57,682 nt of DNA from contig CADCTN010000146.1 of the NCBI GenBank assembly GCA_902805535.1, positions 1 to 57,682 on the forward strand. The letters run 5' to 3'. The DNA comes from an uncultured Blastococcus sp. (GTDB taxonomy: Bacteria > Actinomycetota > Actinomycetes > Mycobacteriales > Geodermatophilaceae). Shown in pieces: positions 19,832-28,953 of the stretch. A program made the position numbers and the translations under genes. Every line of letters starts with the position of its first letter. The stretch's first letter is position 1. The notes beneath the pieces are model-generated. The model saw nothing but the letters and a program-made list of their open reading frames with translations, ran no database searches and was not told the DNA's origin.

Positions 19832-19887
19832 CACCCTGCCTCTGACACCGGGCCTCGGACACCGGGCCTCTGACGCCGGGCCTCAGA
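19826..19887. repeat. 14-bp tandem repeat, about 4.4 copies
   Basis: Consensus CTCTGACACCGGGC at 19826, 19840, 19854 and 19868, plus a partial copy. Confidence 0.9.
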
Positions 19888-20791
19888 TGCTGCGCCAGCG
19901 GCCTTCGGTGGCGTTGCCCGCCGGGCGGGACTCGAAGACGTTGCCCTCGGTCGGCGGCACGTCGTCGTTCGCCACCGCCATGAGGGTCAGGAGCGGCCCG
20001 ACCAGGAGGTCGTAGACGCCCGGCACCAGGCGGAAGCCGGCGGTGATCAGCGGGTTGAACAGCCCGGCCTGCACCACGCGCCGCGGCCGGTCCACGGTGG
20101 ACAGCACCGCGCGCGCCACCCGCTGCGGGGAGTACACCGGCGGCGGTGGCCGGCCGGTGCTGCCCATCGACGTCGCGGCCTGGAAGTAGATGGGCGTGTC
20201 GACGCCGCCCGGCTGGACGAGCGAGATCGAGATGCCCGGCTCGTCGCGGACCTCCTGCTGCAGGGTGCGCACCAGCCCGAGCTGCCCCCACTTCGCCGCG
20301 ACGTAGCTGCCCATCAGCGGCGCCGCGACGTTGCCGAGCAGCGAATTCACCACCACCAGGTGCCCGGCCCGCTGCTCCCGGAAGACCGGCAGCACGACGC
20401 GGGCCAGATTGGCGGTGCCGTGCAGCGAGGTGTCGACGACCCGCTGGAAGGTCTCCCGCGGAACGTCCTCGATCCGTCCGTACGCCATGACCGCGGCGGA
20501 GTGGACGACCAGGTCGAGCCGGCCGAAGCGTTCCACCGCCGTGCCCACCGCGCCGCGGAGCCCGGCCTCGTCGAGCACGTCCGCCGGGCAGACCAGCGCC
20601 TCGGCGGCGCCGGCCGCGCGCACCTCGCGGGCGGCCTCCTCGAGCGCCTGACGGCCACGCGCCACGAGGAGCACTCGCGCACCTCGCTCCCCCAGCGCCA
20701 GTGCGCTCGCGCGACCGATGCCGCTGGAGGCGCCGGTGATCAGGGCGGTCGGCGGTCCGGGCTGGTCGGGCGGTACGGGCACTGGTTGCAC
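19883..20791 (-). CDS. Short-chain dehydrogenase/reductase
   Basis: TGASSGIG, YVAAKWG, PGGVDTP. Confidence 0.92.
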   Translation of the reverse strand: MQPVPVPPDQPGPPTALITGASSGIGRASALALGERGARVLLVARGRQALEEAAREVRAAGAAEALVCPADVLDEAGLRGAVGTAVERFGRLDLVVHSAAVMAYGRIEDVPRETFQRVVDTSLHGTANLARVVLPVFREQRAGHLVVVNSLLGNVAAPLMGSYVAAKWGQLGLVRTLQQEVRDEPGISISLVQPGGVDTPIYFQAATSMGSTGRPPPPVYSPQRVARAVLSTVDRPRRVVQAGLFNPLITAGFRLVPGVYDLLVGPLLTLMAVANDDVPPTEGNVFESRPAGNATEGRWRSI

Positions 20792-20866
20792 TCCTGGGGC
20801 GCGCGGACGGGCCGTCGACCCGATCGACTTCGGCGACCACCTCGCGCTACCCGGCCGCCGGAGCAG

Positions 20867-21280
20867 TCATGCAGGTGGTGCACAACCGATCCCGTCGAGG
20901 GAGCGGAGCAGCCAGCCGGGCCCGGCCACCGGGGTGCCGGTCGGCAACCGGGCGCGCAGGCCACGGTCGGCCGTGACGACGAGCAACGGCGTGCCCGCCG
21001 CCACCAGCCCGGCGGCGCGGGCCGCGAGCGCGTCGTCCCCGCTGCCCGACGAGCGCTCGACCTCGACGCCCTCGGGTGCCCGTACGTCACGCGCCTGCCC
21101 CTCGACGACGGCGACCACGCGGTCGCACCGCAGGCTGCTCCCGTCCGGGGCGGTCAGCGTGCGACCGGGCAGCGTGCCCAGCCGGGCCAGCAATCGACCG
21201 GTGGCGCCGGCACGGTCCCGCCACCAGCCGTCCGGGCGGGAGCCGACGACATTGGCCGCATCGACCAGCAGGAGCGTCAT
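20867..21280 (-). CDS. PIN/NYN-like domain protein
   Basis: LLVDAANVVGSRPDGWWRD, GSGDD, VVTADRGL. Confidence 0.75.
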   Translation of the reverse strand: MTLLLVDAANVVGSRPDGWWRDRAGATGRLLARLGTLPGRTLTAPDGSSLRCDRVVAVVEGQARDVRAPEGVEVERSSGSGDDALAARAAGLVAAGTPLLVVTADRGLRARLPTGTPVAGPGWLLRSLDGIGCAPPA

Positions 21281-21416
21281 GGTCCCCCGTCCGGGTGGTT
21301 GTCGTCATCCGGACCGGTGAGCGTCCGTGCCGGCCGGTTTGCCGCTGTGCACCACGGACACCACGGCCCGGATCCCAGGCGGATCGCTTGACCCACCGGC
21401 ACCCAGGAGACCACGC

Positions 21417-22112
21417 ATGGCCGACACCGAGCACACCCGGCACGACGGTTCCCAGCAGACGGCCCGCGAGGCTGCGCCGGCTGAGCGCACCGCCCCGCTC
21501 CGCACCGACGGCGCCACCGCCACGCCCACCACCGCGTCGCCTGCCACCGCCTCGGTCGCCGATGCCCGCGCCGCAGTGGCCGCGCAGCGGGCCGTGTTCG
21601 GTGGGGTGAAGGGAGGCGCGGCGTTCTTCGGCTGGCTGTCGGCGAACGGGCTGGCCGTCCTGCTGACCGCGCTGCTGTCGGCGGCCGGGGTGGCCCTGGG
21701 CCTCGCGCAGGGCATCGACAGCTCCGACGAGGCCGTCGAGCAGGCGGAGACGCTGGGCCTCGGTGGCGGGATCGCCGTCCTCGTCGTCCTCTTCCTCGCC
21801 TACCTCGCCGGCGGCTACGTCGCCGGGCGGATGGCCCGCTTCGACGGCGCCCGGCAGGGCATCGCGGTCTGGCTGATCGGCCTCGCCGTGGTCCTCGTCC
21901 TCGCGGGTCTCGGCGCCATCCTCGGCGCCCAGTACAACGTGCTGCAGGACCTCAACCTGCCGCGCATCCCGATCGACGAGGGCACGGCCACCACCGCCGG
22001 GATCGTCACGCTGGTGGCCCTCCTGGTGGTCACGCTGCTGGGCGCGCTGATCGGCGGGAAGCTCGGCGAGCGCTATCACCGCAAGGTCGACCGCGCCGGC
22101 TTCGCCGCCTGA
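21417..22112 (+). CDS. Integral membrane protein, hypothetical
   Basis: AGGAG RBS; four TM segments; GGYVAGRMARFDG. Confidence 0.8.
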   Translation: MADTEHTRHDGSQQTAREAAPAERTAPLRTDGATATPTTASPATASVADARAAVAAQRAVFGGVKGGAAFFGWLSANGLAVLLTALLSAAGVALGLAQGIDSSDEAVEQAETLGLGGGIAVLVVLFLAYLAGGYVAGRMARFDGARQGIAVWLIGLAVVLVLAGLGAILGAQYNVLQDLNLPRIPIDEGTATTAGIVTLVALLVVTLLGALIGGKLGERYHRKVDRAGFAA

Positions 22113-22142
22113 GCACGGGGTCCTTTATCTACGCTGCGGAGC

Positions 22143-22412
22143 ATGTGCCGGAACATCCGCCCACTGTCCAACTTCGAGCCGCCGGCGACCGACGACGAGG
22201 TCCAGGCCGCGGCCCTGCAGTACGTGCGCAAGATCAGCGGGGCCACGAAGCCGTCCCGGGCCAACGCGGAGGCGTTCGAGCGCGCCGTGGCGGAGGTCGC
22301 CGCGGCCTCCGCGCGGCTGCTGGACTCCCTGGTCACCACCGCGCCACCCAAGGACCGGGAGATCGAGGCCGCGAAGGCGCGCGAGCGGGCGGCGTTGCGC
22401 TACGGCACGTGA
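22143..22412 (+). CDS. DUF2277 family protein
   Basis: MCRNIRPLSNFEPPAT..AAALQYVRKISG; leaderless TACGCT -10. Confidence 0.9.
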   Translation: MCRNIRPLSNFEPPATDDEVQAAALQYVRKISGATKPSRANAEAFERAVAEVAAASARLLDSLVTTAPPKDREIEAAKARERAALRYGT

Positions 22413-22500
22413 GCCCGGCGGTCGATTGCGCACAACGGGCATGGCTCCGCGGGCTGGAGGGTAGGGGCGACGGACCCCACACCGACCGAGGAGTTCCGTC

Positions 22501-23061
22501 ATGGCCCGCAACACCCTGTCCCGTTCCCTGCACGACCTGGGCCTGTCCGCCTGGTTCGGCGGCACGCTCGCCAACGCCGTCGCCCTGAACGCCGCCGCCG
22601 GTGAGGCGGGCAGCGACGCGGCCACCGGCCGGGTCGCCAACGCCGGCTGGGACCGCTGGACCCCGGTGAACGCGGCCGCCATCGGCGCCCACCTGATCGG
22701 CAGCGTCGGTCAGCTGCGGGCCAACAAGCAGCGGGTCGCCGCCCAGCAGGGCGTCGCCGGGATGTCGACGCTCAAGACGCTGCTCACCGCCGCCGCGCTC
22801 GGCGCCACCGCCTACAGCCGGGTGCTCGGGCAGAAGATCTCCTCCGCCGAGAACCCGCCGTCGAAGCGGGGCACCAAGCCCAGCCGGCGCACCAAGGCGC
22901 TGGCTCCCGACGTGGCCGCCGCCCAGCAGCAGCTGGACACCCTGCAGTGGGTCATCCCCGCCCTGACCGGCGCCATCGTGGCCATCAGCTCCTACGCGGG
23001 CGAGCAGCAGCGCCCGAGCGAGGTCGCGCAGGGCATCTCAGCCTCGACCCCGACCGCCTGA
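22501..23061 (+). CDS. Conserved actinobacterial hypothetical membrane-associated protein
   Basis: GAGGAG RBS; RSLHDLGLSAWFGG, GEQQRP; GCAT-N16-GGGTA upstream. Confidence 0.8.
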   Translation: MARNTLSRSLHDLGLSAWFGGTLANAVALNAAAGEAGSDAATGRVANAGWDRWTPVNAAAIGAHLIGSVGQLRANKQRVAAQQGVAGMSTLKTLLTAAALGATAYSRVLGQKISSAENPPSKRGTKPSRRTKALAPDVAAAQQQLDTLQWVIPALTGAIVAISSYAGEQQRPSEVAQGISASTPTA

Positions 23062-23090
23062 GCCCCCGTAAACCCGAGGACGGAGGTCCC

Positions 23091-23549
23091 GTGACCCGGA
23101 CAACCAGCCACCCGCGCTCGGAGGCGGCCGGTGCCACCCGGTGCCCCGACTGCGCCGACGGGTTGGGCAAGCCCCGACCGGTGAAGCCGGGCTCGTTCCG
23201 CGAGCGCATGCACAGCAGTCCCAGCCTGCTGCTGCCGTGGCGGATCGGGGTGTTCGTCGTCGGCCTGCTGTTCGTGCTGCTCGGCATCGCGCTGACCGCC
23301 CTGCCGGGCCCGCTCACCATCCCGCCGGTGCTGATCGGTCTGTGGATCTGGTCGAGCGAGTTCCTCTGGGCGGCGCGGTTCTTCGCCATCTTCAAGCGCA
23401 AGGCGCAGGACGCCTGGAAGCACGCCAAGCAGCACCCGGTCTCCTCGGCGGCGGTGACCATCGGCGGCCTGGCGGCCGCCGGCGTCGCTTTCTGGGCGGT
23501 CGGGCACTACCAGCTGGTGGACCAGGCCAAGGCGGCCCTCGGGATCTGA
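23091..23549 (+). CDS. PGPGW-like membrane protein
   Basis: GGAGG RBS; LPGPLT..LWIWSSEFLWA. Confidence 0.75.
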   Translation: MTRTTSHPRSEAAGATRCPDCADGLGKPRPVKPGSFRERMHSSPSLLLPWRIGVFVVGLLFVLLGIALTALPGPLTIPPVLIGLWIWSSEFLWAARFFAIFKRKAQDAWKHAKQHPVSSAAVTIGGLAAAGVAFWAVGHYQLVDQAKAALGI

Positions 23550-23627
23550 CGGCGTCGACATGTCACCGGATCGACCGGTCGACACGTCGCTGACGGGCCG
23601 AGGGACCACGTCGGCTAGAACTGCTGC

Positions 23628-24083
23628 ATGAGTGCCAGCACCACCGACCCGTTCGTCCTCCGCCGGGCGCCGTTCGCCGAGCTGACCCCGTTCGAGGTGT
23701 ACGCCCTGTGCCGGCTCCGGGTGGACGTCTTCGTCGTAGAGCAGGAGTGCCCGTACCCCGAGCTCGACGGCCGCGACGTCGAGCCCAGCACGGTGCACCT
23801 CTGGCTGGAGTCCGACGGCGAGGTGGCCGCCACGATCCGCGTGCTCGACGACGGCGCGACGAGGGCGATCGGGCGGGTGGCGACGGCAGCGCAGTTCCGC
23901 GGCCGGGGGCTCGCCGCCCGCCTGATGCACGAGGGCATCGCGCTGTGCGCGGGGTTCCCCGTCACGCTGGGCGCGCAGGCCCACCTGCAGGGCTGGTACG
24001 AGGGGTTCGGCTTCCGGCTCAGCGGTCCCGGTTACGTGGAGGACGGCATCCCGCACGTGCCCATGCGGCGGGAACCGGCCTGA
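23628..24083 (+). CDS. GNAT acetyltransferase, ElaA-like
   Basis: LRVDVFVVEQECPYPELDGRD, IGRV, AQAHL, EDGIPH. Confidence 0.92.
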   Translation: MSASTTDPFVLRRAPFAELTPFEVYALCRLRVDVFVVEQECPYPELDGRDVEPSTVHLWLESDGEVAATIRVLDDGATRAIGRVATAAQFRGRGLAARLMHEGIALCAGFPVTLGAQAHLQGWYEGFGFRLSGPGYVEDGIPHVPMRREPA

Positions 24084-24090
24084 CCCGTCA

Positions 24091-24978
24091 CTACCGTTCG
24101 GCTGCCGGTCGCGCCACGCCTCGCAGCCCGGGCAGCACGCCGTCGCTCTTGTGCACGTGACTGGACCACACCGGCTCCGGATGGGTGTCCCGGCCGGCCG
24201 CCACGTCCTCGGCGGTGCGCAGCTTCGCCACCTTGTGCACCAGGACGCCGAACCCCACCTTGGCCACGACGTCGGCCGCGGAGTACGCCACCTGCATCGC
24301 CGTGAACCAGGCCGGGGTGACGTCGGCGAACACCGGCACCGCGTACACCAGCGGGTAGACGCCGAAGCTGGCCAGCAGGACGGTGGTCGCGTTGCGCAGG
24401 CTGGCCGCTGCCTCCGCCCCCATCGAGGGGAGCGACCGCCGGACGGCGCCGATGAGGGCGACGTAGAGGTAGACGAAGAAGACCGTGCTGACGAGCCCCC
24501 AGACCACCAGCGCCGTCCGGTCCCGACCCTCGGCCAGGACCTGCGACCCGAGGTAGCCGGTCACGACCATGAGGAACGCCGCGGCCATCGTCCGGAACCG
24601 CAGCGCACGGGCCGCGGCCCCGGCCACCGAGCAGACGGCCAGCAGCTCCACGGTGAGCAGCGGCACCGTGACCGACCAGTCGATGTAGCGGGTCGCCTCC
24701 GAGGTGCGGGCCTCCTCGTTCGGCACGTACACCTCGCCCTGGAGGGAGAAACCGCTGTCCCAGTCCAGGTACAGGATCAGGTAGGCCACCGCCGCGACGC
24801 CCGCGAGGCACAACCCGGCCAGCGCCGAGGGCCGGTACCGGACCGATACCTCGTCCTTGCTGTTCCACGCATAGAGGACGTACGCGAGCAGGGCGAAGCC
24901 GGCGCCGAGCAGCGCGAACTGGACGACGTCGTAGAGGCCCAGCGACATGGTCTGCAGCTCGGGCGTCGGCGAGTCCAT
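24091..24978 (-). CDS. Microbial rhodopsin, xanthorhodopsin/actinorhodopsin-like, DTE motif
   Basis: Seven TM segments; RYIDWSVTVPLLTVE (D100/T104/E111); DVVAKVGFG (D236, Schiff-base K240). Confidence 0.95.
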   Translation of the reverse strand: MDSPTPELQTMSLGLYDVVQFALLGAGFALLAYVLYAWNSKDEVSVRYRPSALAGLCLAGVAAVAYLILYLDWDSGFSLQGEVYVPNEEARTSEATRYIDWSVTVPLLTVELLAVCSVAGAAARALRFRTMAAAFLMVVTGYLGSQVLAEGRDRTALVVWGLVSTVFFVYLYVALIGAVRRSLPSMGAEAAASLRNATTVLLASFGVYPLVYAVPVFADVTPAWFTAMQVAYSAADVVAKVGFGVLVHKVAKLRTAEDVAAGRDTHPEPVWSSHVHKSDGVLPGLRGVARPAAER

Positions 24979-24988
24979 GCCCGCGCCC

Positions 24989-25012
24989 TACCCGTGCTGC
25001 TTGGGCACAACC
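24989..25012 (-). promoter_or_regulatory. SigB/SigF-type promoter of the rhodopsin gene
   Basis: GGTT-N15-GGGTA on the minus strand, 10 nt before the ATG. Confidence 0.6.
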
Positions 25013-25146
25013 GATGCGGCTCGCGGCCCCTTGCCACGCCTCCCGAGATCGTGACGCACCCCGCGCGGCCGTCCGTCGTGCCAGCCGCGGGCTGGTGCGG
25101 ACGACGCCCTCGTCTGAGCCGGGACCGACGATGAGACGGCTAACGG

Positions 25147-25161
25147 TTAGATCTCTAAACT
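25147..25161 (+). promoter_or_regulatory. MarR operator overlapping a leaderless -10
   Basis: TTAGA-TC-TCTAA inverted repeat; TAAACT 6 nt before ATG 25168. Confidence 0.65.
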
Positions 25162-25167
25162 GCGGCC

Positions 25168-25596
25168 ATGACCCCCACGGACGAGCCGGTCAACATGCTC
25201 GTGGGCCGGGTCGCCAAGCAGCTGAGCCGGTCGTTCGACGACATCCTCGTCGCTGCCGGCGGCTCCACTCCGGTCTGGCAGGTGCTCCGCGCCCTGACGT
25301 CCGGTGACCACCGCACGCAGGCCGACCTGGCCGGCGCGATCGGCGTCCGGCAACCGACCCTCACCCACCACCTCGACGGGATGGAGCGGGCCGGTCTCGT
25401 CCACCGCGAGCGGGCGGACACCAACCGCCGAGCGCAACACGTCACCGTGACGGAATCGGGAAGGCAGCTGTTCCTCCGGCTGCGTCGTGCCGCTGCCTCC
25501 TTCGACGGCCGGCTGCGCGCCGGGCTGGCGGACGCGGACGTCGCCGAGCTGCGCCGCCTGCTCGACCAGCTGGCGGAGAACGCCCTGCCGGATTGA
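25168..25596 (+). CDS. MarR family transcriptional regulator
   Basis: TQADLA..PTLTHHLDGMERAGLV..NRR..VTESG. Confidence 0.92.
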   Translation: MTPTDEPVNMLVGRVAKQLSRSFDDILVAAGGSTPVWQVLRALTSGDHRTQADLAGAIGVRQPTLTHHLDGMERAGLVHRERADTNRRAQHVTVTESGRQLFLRLRRAAASFDGRLRAGLADADVAELRRLLDQLAENALPD

Positions 25597-25601
25597 CGCG
25601 A

Positions 25602-26897
25602 TCATGCGTCCAGCCGGGGACCGCAGGCGGCGGCACGGTCGCGCAGCAGCGCCCGCTCCCGCTCGTTGCGGGTGAGGGCCGCGGCGCGCTCGAACTCCTC
25701 CCGCGCCTCGTCCCGTCGTCCCAACTGCTCGAGCAGGTCGCCCCGGACCGTGGGCAGCAGGTGGTAGCCCTGCAGCGCCGGCTCGCCGGCCAGCGCGTCG
25801 ACGAGCTCCAGGCCGGCGCCCGCCCCGTAGGCGCGGGACACCGCCACCGCACGGTTGAGCTCCACGACCGGCGAGCGGGTGAGCTCCGCGAGCGCCTCGT
25901 AGAGTGCCGCGATGCGCGCCCAGTCGGTCTCCTCGACGCTGACCGCACGCGCGTGGCAGGCGGCGATCGCCGCCTGCAGCCCGTACGGGCCGAGCGCGGC
26001 GCCCGAGTCCTCGGCGCGCCGAAGGGCGGCGAGACCGCGGCCGATGAGGACGCGGTCCCAGGCCGTGCGGTCCTGGTCGGCGAGGGTGACCGCCTGGCCG
26101 TCGGCGCCGATGCGCGCGGCCAGCCGGGAGGCCTGGATCTCCATCAGCGCCACCAGCCCGTGCACCTCCGCCTCCTCCGGCACCAGGCCGGCGAGGATCC
26201 GCCCCAGCCGCGTCGCCTCCTGGCAGAGCGCCGGCCGGACGAGGTCCTCCCCCGCCGTCGCCGAGTAGCCCTCGTTGAAGATCAGGTAGAGCACCTCGAG
26301 GACGGAGGCGATCCGGGCGGTGAACTCCGGACCCGACGGTGTCTCGAACGGCACGCGCGCGGCGGTGAGGGTGCGTTTGGCCCGGACGATCCGCTGAGCC
26401 AGCGTCTTCTCGGGCACGAGGAACGCCCGGGCGATCTCCTCGGTGGTCAGACCGCCCACCAGCCGCAGTGTCAGGGCCACCCGCGCCTCGCGGGAGAGCA
26501 CCGGGTGGCAGGAGATGAACACCAGCCGCAGGACGTCGTCCTCGACGACCTCGTCCAGCGCCGCGGCCCAGTCCTCCTCGACGGCCTCCCGGGTCACCAG
26601 GTCCCGGCCGAGCTCCTCGGTCTTCCGGACCAGGTTCTGCGACCTGCGGAAGGAGTCGATCGCCCGGTGCTTGGCGATCGCCATGAGCCACGCACCGGGC
26701 TTCGCCGGGACCCCCGTCCCGGGCCACTGCTCGAGCGCGGCGACGAGGGCGTCCTGGGCGAGCTCCTCGGCCAGGCCGACGTCGCCGGTGACGCGGGTCA
26801 GCGCACCCACGATGCGGGCGGACTCCATGCGCCAGACGGCGTCGACGACGCGGTGCAGGTCTGCCGTCGACGCCGTCCGGGCCGGAGGGGTGGTCAC
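25602..26897 (-). CDS. ECF sigma factor with C-terminal TPR-like extension (ECF42-like)
   Basis: AEELAQDA, DDVLRLVFISCHP, AQRIVRAK, YLIFNEGY, QAAIAACH; downstream of a DGPF gene. Confidence 0.9.
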   Translation of the reverse strand: MTTPPARTASTADLHRVVDAVWRMESARIVGALTRVTGDVGLAEELAQDALVAALEQWPGTGVPAKPGAWLMAIAKHRAIDSFRRSQNLVRKTEELGRDLVTREAVEEDWAAALDEVVEDDVLRLVFISCHPVLSREARVALTLRLVGGLTTEEIARAFLVPEKTLAQRIVRAKRTLTAARVPFETPSGPEFTARIASVLEVLYLIFNEGYSATAGEDLVRPALCQEATRLGRILAGLVPEEAEVHGLVALMEIQASRLAARIGADGQAVTLADQDRTAWDRVLIGRGLAALRRAEDSGAALGPYGLQAAIAACHARAVSVEETDWARIAALYEALAELTRSPVVELNRAVAVSRAYGAGAGLELVDALAGEPALQGYHLLPTVRGDLLEQLGRRDEAREEFERAAALTRNERERALLRDRAAACGPRLDA

Positions 26898-27319
26898 GCC
26901 CCGCGGTTCTCGGCGAGCGTGCCGCGCAGCTGGTTCTCCTGCTCCTGCAGGTCGGGCGTGAAAGCCTCGCCGAAGTCCTCGGCGGTGGAGAAGGGGCGGA
27001 TCTCCAGCTCACCGCCGCGGAACGGCGCCTTCTTCGCCCACTCGATGGCCTCCTCGCGGGAGGACACCTCGAACACCCAGTAGCCGGAGACCAGCTCCTT
27101 GGTCTCGGCGAACGGGCCGTCGATGACGCTGGCGTTGCCGTCCTGGTCGAACCGCACGCGGGCGCCGTGGGAGCTGGGGCGCAGGCCGTCGCCGTCGAGC
27201 AGGATGCCGGCCTTCACCAGCTCCTCGTTGTAGGCGCCCATCGCCTCGAGCATGTCGCGGGACGGCAGCGCGCCCTGCTCGCTCTCCTCGGTCGCCTTGA
27301 CGATCACCATGAAACGCAT
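26894..27319 (-). CDS. YciI/DGPF family protein
   Basis: DGPFAETKEL signature; AAGGAG RBS. Confidence 0.93.
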   Translation of the reverse strand: MRFMVIVKATEESEQGALPSRDMLEAMGAYNEELVKAGILLDGDGLRPSSHGARVRFDQDGNASVIDGPFAETKELVSGYWVFEVSSREEAIEWAKKAPFRGGELEIRPFSTAEDFGEAFTPDLQEQENQLRGTLAENRGA

Positions 27320-27399
27320 CGCTAGCTCTCCTTCGTCGAGTCCATCGGGTGAGTGGAGGCCGGTCGTCGTGTCCGGCGTGGACCCCGCTCTACTGACAC

Positions 27400-27426
27400 G
27401 TCGAACGGCCATCGCGGGAATCGACA
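27400..27426 (-). promoter_or_regulatory. ECF42-type promoter
   Basis: TGTCGA-N17-CGAC upstream of the DGPF gene. Confidence 0.7.
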
Positions 27427-27488
27427 CGTCGGCCGAGAATTTTTCCAGAAGCGTGGTGCCGGGGCCTCCGGTGCCGGACCCGGACGCA

Positions 27489-27523
27489 CGAGTGCCCCGC
27501 CGGCGGGACCGGCGGGGCACTCG
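27489..27523. terminator. Stem-loop, probable terminator
   Basis: CGAGTGCCCCGCCGG / CCGGCGGGGCACTCG 15-bp stem just after the stop at 27540. Confidence 0.7.
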
Positions 27524-27539
27524 ACGGGCGGGTGCGGGA

Positions 27540-27983
27540 TCAGACGGGCTCGCTGCAGTAGACGGTGCCCGGCTCGGTCTCCAGCTCACCGATCCAGAGC
27601 GCGACCTCCCACGTGGCGAACTTCTGGCAGACCTCGTCGACCGACGCGGCCTCCTCGAAGTCCGGCCACGTCAGCTCCTCGCCATGGATGCCCACGACCT
27701 TGTACTCGGCCTCCTCGGCCCCGCAGTCGACGGCCTCGAAGCTCGTCTCGCCCTGCATCTGGACGCAGTCGCCGACCTCGGGCTCGCCGGCGCCGAACCA
27801 GCCGGTCAGCGAACCGAGACCGACGACGCCGGCCGCGAGCACCGCGCCGCCGATGGGCAGCCACTTCTTGGCGCCACTCTGCTGCGGCGCAGCGCCGGGC
27901 GCCCCACCCTGCGGCGGCGCCCAGGCGCCGTCGGGGGTACCCGGCTGGGCGGCCGGCGCGTCGGGGTCGGAGGGGTGGGTCAT
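27540..27983 (-). CDS. Membrane-anchored Cys-containing protein (LppU-like)
   Basis: Pro/Gln-rich N-terminus, TM segment, VGDCV..VDC..AEYKVVG..C..VYC; AGGAG RBS. Confidence 0.75.
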   Translation of the reverse strand: MTHPSDPDAPAAQPGTPDGAWAPPQGGAPGAAPQQSGAKKWLPIGGAVLAAGVVGLGSLTGWFGAGEPEVGDCVQMQGETSFEAVDCGAEEAEYKVVGIHGEELTWPDFEEAASVDEVCQKFATWEVALWIGELETEPGTVYCSEPV

Positions 27984-28165
27984 GAGAACTCCTGTGCGTG
28001 TTCCGGAAGTGGTGCGATCGACGCAGATCATCACCGACCGAGGCGCCGACCAGGGCAGACGCGACCGGGGCGGGACGACGGAGCGGTCACGATGCGTTCC
28101 GCGGGACCCGGACGCCCCACCGACCCCTCCCGCGTGGCCGGCGGCGCCGCGGGTAGGAGGCGCGC

Positions 28166-28546
28166 ATGACTGACGACGGTGCGGTGGGCGGGTTCGCGGA
28201 ACGACTCGGTGCGCGGGCGGAGGTCGCCGACGACGGCTCGGCCCGGCTCTCCTTCACCGCGCGGGAGGAGCACCTCAACCAGGCAGGCACCCTGCACGGC
28301 GGGGTCCTGGCCACCCTGGTGGACACCGCGATGGGCGCGGCGGTCCGGTCCACCACCGACGACGACGTGCCCGCGACCAGTCAGCTCACCGTCACCTACC
28401 TCCGTCCGGGAACGCCCGGCGACCTCGCCGTCACCGCCCGCGTGCGGACCCGCGGAGAGCACCTGACCGTCTGCGAGGCCGACGTGGAGCAGGAGGGAAA
28501 GAGCCTCGTGCACGCCGTCGCCACCTTCGCCCTCCTGCACTCCTGA
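28166..28546 (+). CDS. PaaI family thioesterase
   Basis: NQAGTLHGGVLATLVDTAMG, YLRP. Confidence 0.92.
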   Translation: MTDDGAVGGFAERLGARAEVADDGSARLSFTAREEHLNQAGTLHGGVLATLVDTAMGAAVRSTTDDDVPATSQLTVTYLRPGTPGDLAVTARVRTRGEHLTVCEADVEQEGKSLVHAVATFALLHS

Positions 28547-28682
28547 GAGTCCCCGGGCGAGACATCGCCCCGTCCCCTGGGTGCATGCGCGGGGACATGG
28601 ACCCGTGCGGGGGACGCGGGGGCTGGCGCGCCTGAGTAACGTCAGGGACACCACCACATCTCTGCCCTCTGGGAGGCACCCC

Positions 28683-28919
28683 GTCGCTACGTGGCCAGGA
28701 CGCTGCGCCGAAGCTCCGCTGGGCTGCCCCTGTCGGGGCGACCAGACCATCCACGAGGAACGGTCCAAGGAGATCAGCGAGGCGCACGCCGCGGCGCAGC
28801 AGTTCGTGGAGTGCCCCGAGTGCGGGGCGGCCACCAGCCCGCTGAGCATCGTCAGCTGGGGTCACTGCCGCGCGTGCCGGACGGCCCAGTCGCGGGAGAT
28901 GTACCCCCTGCGCTGGTGA
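28683..28919 (+). CDS. Small Cys-rich zinc-ribbon protein (start uncertain)
   Basis: CPECG..HCRAC; GGGAGG RBS followed by an in-frame GTC rather than a canonical start. Confidence 0.55.
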   Translation, partial: VATWPGRCAEAPLGCPCRGDQTIHEERSKEISEAHAAAQQFVECPECGAATSPLSIVSWGHCRACRTAQSREMYPLRW

Positions 28920-28953
28920 GCCGCCCGTTTGCGCGAAGGGGCATGATCACAGC

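Noticed and set aside
19826-19887. Repeat array as a CRISPR
   Set aside because: The 14-bp units are contiguous, with no spacers and no cas genes
24091-24978. Heliorhodopsin, xenorhodopsin or Na+/Cl- pump assignment
   Set aside because: The DTE motif and DxxAK helix G are type-1 outward proton-pump features, not NDQ, NTQ or heliorhodopsin motifs
28550-28680. Riboswitch or ncRNA before the Zn-ribbon ORF
   Set aside because: No recognisable riboswitch consensus; an Rfam search would be needed
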